Positions 60,502 through 64,000 of a stretch of 64,000 nucleotides of DNA are shown here, piece after piece. The stretch lies in sequence record NC_042128.1; one strand, written 5' to 3'. A program made the translations under genes and the position numbers. This DNA is from Escherichia phage RCS47. Position 1 is the stretch's first letter. Each line of letters begins with the position of its first letter. Under the pieces are notes generated by a model. That model searched no databases, was not told where the DNA came from, and saw only the letters and a program-made list of their open reading frames with translations.

Positions 60502-62091
60502 TTACTTAATAAGCAGCGGTACGCCCTGGATACGACGGGCTACGCCAGTCGGGCAGCAGGCCCAGACTACTTCCCATTTATCGAATTCCGCCTGCGTAAC
60601 TTTCAGCACATACGGTTCTGTACCGTCAGCATCAGGATCACGAGGAGCCACCAGAGCGCCGGAGGCGACAAAGCGATCTAAAAGTTTGGTCATCCCTTTA
60701 GTCAGGCCAGCCGCAGTAATACCGTCCGGGCTATGCTTCATCTGTCGGGCTAACTGGACAAAGAAACGGCTGATTGCATTCATCAGGGATGGGACGTGCT
60801 GGAAGTGCAGATAGTTATCCTGCGTGCAGCAAGTTAAAGCATCGTCGATGATCATCTGGCCAGAGGTGCCAACAGATACTTTATTGAGACGGCCCTTGAC
60901 CATTGCTTCTTCGTCCGGGGTATCTTCCGGATACAGCGGTTGAATTGACGCACGAGCAATGACGGCACGTTCTTCACCAGCCGGTGAGTAATGCCAACCG
61001 CCGACATCAGAGTTTTTCTTGACGCCACGAGCTTTCGCCGCATACGCCACGCCAGACAGACCAAAGACCACACGGGATTGGGTCCATTTGTCTTTGCAGG
61101 AGAACGGGTAGTGATAGACAGCACAGCTTACATAATCGGTACCAAGTAAACCGGTATCTTCAACAGCAGAGATCGCTTCCGTGTACGTCAATGTCGGTTT
61201 GACATCAAAGAAGCCATCAATCAGGCGATCTGCACAGATTTTACCTAATGCGGTGATAGCCGCATTGTCATAGCAGCCCAGGCCAAGAACAGCGGTGTAC
61301 ATGTACGGCGCATTATTCAGCACTTTAACCGCACGCAGGTACGCAGCGGTTGAGATTTTCGACTGATCGCCGTTGGTACCGCCAGTGAACGCCAACGATT
61401 TTTTGTTTGTTACTTTCGCTGTCGAAATCAGCTCTTCATTAACAACCGCGCGCAGATATTTAGAACGGGCTTCCAGAGCCGTAGGCAGATAACACAAGCG
61501 GCCCATGTCATCTTTCGCTTCTTCCGCCAAAGACACAGTGTGTGTCTCCAGGGTCGTTACCACGCCGAGCGAAGTCGTCTGGGTCAGTTTTAAGAGGAAG
61601 CGTTCATTACCCGCGCTGTCCGCTGTTGCCGTTTCGATGGTTAACTCACGGGTAGGTGAAATACACGGATCACCATCATCAACGTAGATAGCAAAGGCTT
61701 CGCCACTATCAAGTTCAATTTCAGAACCGTATGGCAACGCACTGTAAGCCGGTTCGCCTGATTCATCGAACATAATAATCGGGAACTTCGCATCATCCGG
61801 AACAGCGCGAACAACATAACCAGACGTTTGCTGAATAGCTTCGTATACATGGCGAATTGGTTCGAACTGTGAGCCGGAAGACGGCTTCAGCGGTTCGCCG
61901 AGAACATCTTCGTAATTGGACTCAGTAACCGCAAGAACAGTAAACGGCTTGCCACGCGCAAATACGCCAATACCAGCCCATAAGCTGCTATTTAATGCAA
62001 CACCGGTAGATAACGTCGCATCGGCATTGATCGGGCTAACCGCGACGCCGGATGCATTACCTAATGACTGTTGAATTGAATATTGAGACAT
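60502..62091 (-). CDS. putative tail sheath protein (P1 gene 22-like)
   Basis: 529 aa (~58 kDa) in the position of P1 gene 22. Confidence 0.5.
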   Translation of the reverse strand: MSQYSIQQSLGNASGVAVSPINADATLSTGVALNSSLWAGIGVFARGKPFTVLAVTESNYEDVLGEPLKPSSGSQFEPIRHVYEAIQQTSGYVVRAVPDDAKFPIIMFDESGEPAYSALPYGSEIELDSGEAFAIYVDDGDPCISPTRELTIETATADSAGNERFLLKLTQTTSLGVVTTLETHTVSLAEEAKDDMGRLCYLPTALEARSKYLRAVVNEELISTAKVTNKKSLAFTGGTNGDQSKISTAAYLRAVKVLNNAPYMYTAVLGLGCYDNAAITALGKICADRLIDGFFDVKPTLTYTEAISAVEDTGLLGTDYVSCAVYHYPFSCKDKWTQSRVVFGLSGVAYAAKARGVKKNSDVGGWHYSPAGEERAVIARASIQPLYPEDTPDEEAMVKGRLNKVSVGTSGQMIIDDALTCCTQDNYLHFQHVPSLMNAISRFFVQLARQMKHSPDGITAAGLTKGMTKLLDRFVASGALVAPRDPDADGTEPYVLKVTQAEFDKWEVVWACCPTGVARRIQGVPLLIK

Positions 62092-62151
62092 AACTTTCCC
62101 TGTTATGCGCCCCGCACGGGGGCGCTATGTTAAACGGAGAACTTCCCCTGA

Positions 62152-63879
62152 TTACTCAGAGTCACCGGCATCAATCGTGTCGCCGCTAATGAAGTTAAGC
62201 CCGCCTTTTTTGGCCATTGTCAGCGTTACACGAGTGAAGTAATCAGCGCCGTTGCGTGGGTGCATATCGTTGATAGCCGAACCCCACAGCGTGGTACGGT
62301 TGACCAGCGCCGGAGTGGTCGGATGCTGGAACGGGATGGCCGGGACAGCATCACCAGTCACGAAGCCTGCTTTACCCGGATTTTCATCACGGACGTAGCA
62401 CAGCACATCCATCGAGCTGAACTGAATGTTCTCTGTCGTTAAGTTCTTACAAATACCAGCAGGTACTTCGTACACTTTCACGTTACCGAACAGGGTACCG
62501 ATGTAGTGAACATACGGAGTCTGGATATAGTCTTCGGCTGGCTGGAAGAAATCCTTCGGCAACTGTTTGAAGAAAGATGCTGCATCAGCACCAGCAAACA
62601 TCCCCATCGCACCAGAAGATTTAACGCGCTCAATAATGTCGCGATATACAGTCTGGAATTTGCCACGAATGATGGTTGCCCATACATCAAAGGACTGGTT
62701 AACCGGCAGAGCGATGTCAAAGGTGTCGGTCGCAAGAGTACGCCAGATCATGATGCGAAGACGCAGCATATCCTGTTCATGAGACAGGTATTCCTTCAGG
62801 GTGCGGAACTGTAGGGAACCCAGGTCCAGACCAAATTCACGCTGTGCTTCATACGCCGCCTGTACCGTGTGCTCAGCCGCGATAACGAACTGGCTTGGGA
62901 ACAGGGTGTATTTCTTCATTTCGTGGTTGATCAGCGGGATCAGCTCAGGAGCGGCTTCAATATTGATTTCCGTCTCAATTGCGATCTCAGTGCCTTTATC
63001 CGGCGCTTTGGAGAACGACAGGGCAATCTGACCAATGTTGTAGTTCAGAGAGCAGGTAACAGTGATTTGCTCACCAGCAGCATTAGTAAACGAGTGAAGT
63101 AGGCTGCCGGAACCGTTATCAACAACAGACTTAATACGGTTAACGTAGATGTTAGTACGACCTTTTCGGATTGGTACATTCTGGCCTTCGAAGTCTTCCA
63201 TCTTGAAGGTTGCGGTTTTGCTGGTGCCATCGGAGCTTGCCACCAGCACATAGCGGCGGCGTAACTGGCTGTACACACCGACGGATTGCATGTCCAGAAC
63301 ATCACCAGCAGCATAAGAACCAAAAGAGGAACCTGCCACGTTAAAGACTTCATAGATGTCGGACTGGTCACGCGTAACCGGAATGAAGGTACACGCATCA
63401 GCGGTAGCTGCCCCCAACTGAACAGGCAGGATCATCGCGAGGAATAAAGGCAGACGCATAACACCGTCAGAAACGCTCATCATCTCTGCTGCGACGGATT
63501 CCAGCATCGCTTTATTAGTGGCATCCATGCTATTGCGGGTGGACTCAATCAGGCAGTTTTCCAGCGTCTGGTGGCAGGAGGCCAGAATTTCCGGACGCGG
63601 CATAGATTTATGTGCTGCGGCGTAGTCAGCCAGTGCACTTGCCCACGCTGTAGCGATTTGAGCGGTGGCATTATCAGAGATACCCGCAAAAACCGGGTCT
63701 TTACGTGCAGCTTCAAGGATAGATGCGGCACGCGCGGCATCATCTTTAATGAATTGGTTATCAGTACCGAACTGCGCAGTGCTTGCCCAGCCAAGCACAG
63801 CTTTAGAGCGTTTTGCGATATCTGCAATACGATTCTGGTATTCGCGTAAGTTACTCAATTTACTCTTCCTTAAACACAA
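62152..63879 (-). CDS. putative major capsid protein precursor (P1 gene 23-like)
   Basis: 575 aa (~63 kDa), TTG start in track; position of P1 gene 23. Confidence 0.45.
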   Translation of the reverse strand: MCLRKSKLSNLREYQNRIADIAKRSKAVLGWASTAQFGTDNQFIKDDAARAASILEAARKDPVFAGISDNATAQIATAWASALADYAAAHKSMPRPEILASCHQTLENCLIESTRNSMDATNKAMLESVAAEMMSVSDGVMRLPLFLAMILPVQLGAATADACTFIPVTRDQSDIYEVFNVAGSSFGSYAAGDVLDMQSVGVYSQLRRRYVLVASSDGTSKTATFKMEDFEGQNVPIRKGRTNIYVNRIKSVVDNGSGSLLHSFTNAAGEQITVTCSLNYNIGQIALSFSKAPDKGTEIAIETEINIEAAPELIPLINHEMKKYTLFPSQFVIAAEHTVQAAYEAQREFGLDLGSLQFRTLKEYLSHEQDMLRLRIMIWRTLATDTFDIALPVNQSFDVWATIIRGKFQTVYRDIIERVKSSGAMGMFAGADAASFFKQLPKDFFQPAEDYIQTPYVHYIGTLFGNVKVYEVPAGICKNLTTENIQFSSMDVLCYVRDENPGKAGFVTGDAVPAIPFQHPTTPALVNRTTLWGSAINDMHPRNGADYFTRVTLTMAKKGGLNFISGDTIDAGDSE

Positions 63880-64000
63880 GGCACTTGTGTGAATCCCTTT
63901 TCGGAAGAGATTTTATTGAAAGTCACTTGTTGACTTTCTCGTGACAAGCAATTTTTTTATTTTTTCGGGAGGAGGGGAGGAAGGTAAAATCCAAGGTGAA

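Overview
This window is the lox-proximal ~64 kb of a P1-family temperate phage or phage-plasmid; the window starts inside loxP and cre lies at 436-1467. The backbone is syntenic with phage P1: cra-cre-c8-ref-mat, lxc-ulx-darB, prt-pro, lyz, ssb, the dar operon (hdf-darA-ddrA-ddrB), lydA/lydB, cin with the invertible tail-fibre C segment, the S-R-16-bplA-pmgA-sit-pmgB-tub-pmgC tail block, immI (icd-ant), kilA-repL, and a late block ending in tail sheath and major capsid genes. Four mobile insertions interrupt it. The largest is a 9.6-kb IS26-bounded unit (15947-25583) carrying a Klebsiella-type chromosomal segment with blaSHV (Ser238, ESBL-type), ygbIJKLM, a recF-like ATPase and a lacY fragment; it sits inside a phage gene whose C-terminal domain resembles DUF2829/Tad2. 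The others are an IS481-family IS (~26.6-27.8 kb) and two different TnpB-only IS200/IS605-family elements (31.1-32.5 kb inside the dar operon; 56.1-57.5 kb after repL). The P1 res/mod genes are absent from the mat-lxc junction, cin carries a +1 frameshift, and an AT-rich secreted-protein/lipoprotein pair sits where P1 has sim. No rRNA, tRNA or CRISPR array was recognised. Names of less conserved P1 genes rest on synteny and size only, and start codons are approximate because several ORFs in the track begin with GTG/TTG. Everything here is read by eye and from recalled protein sequences; no database search was run.
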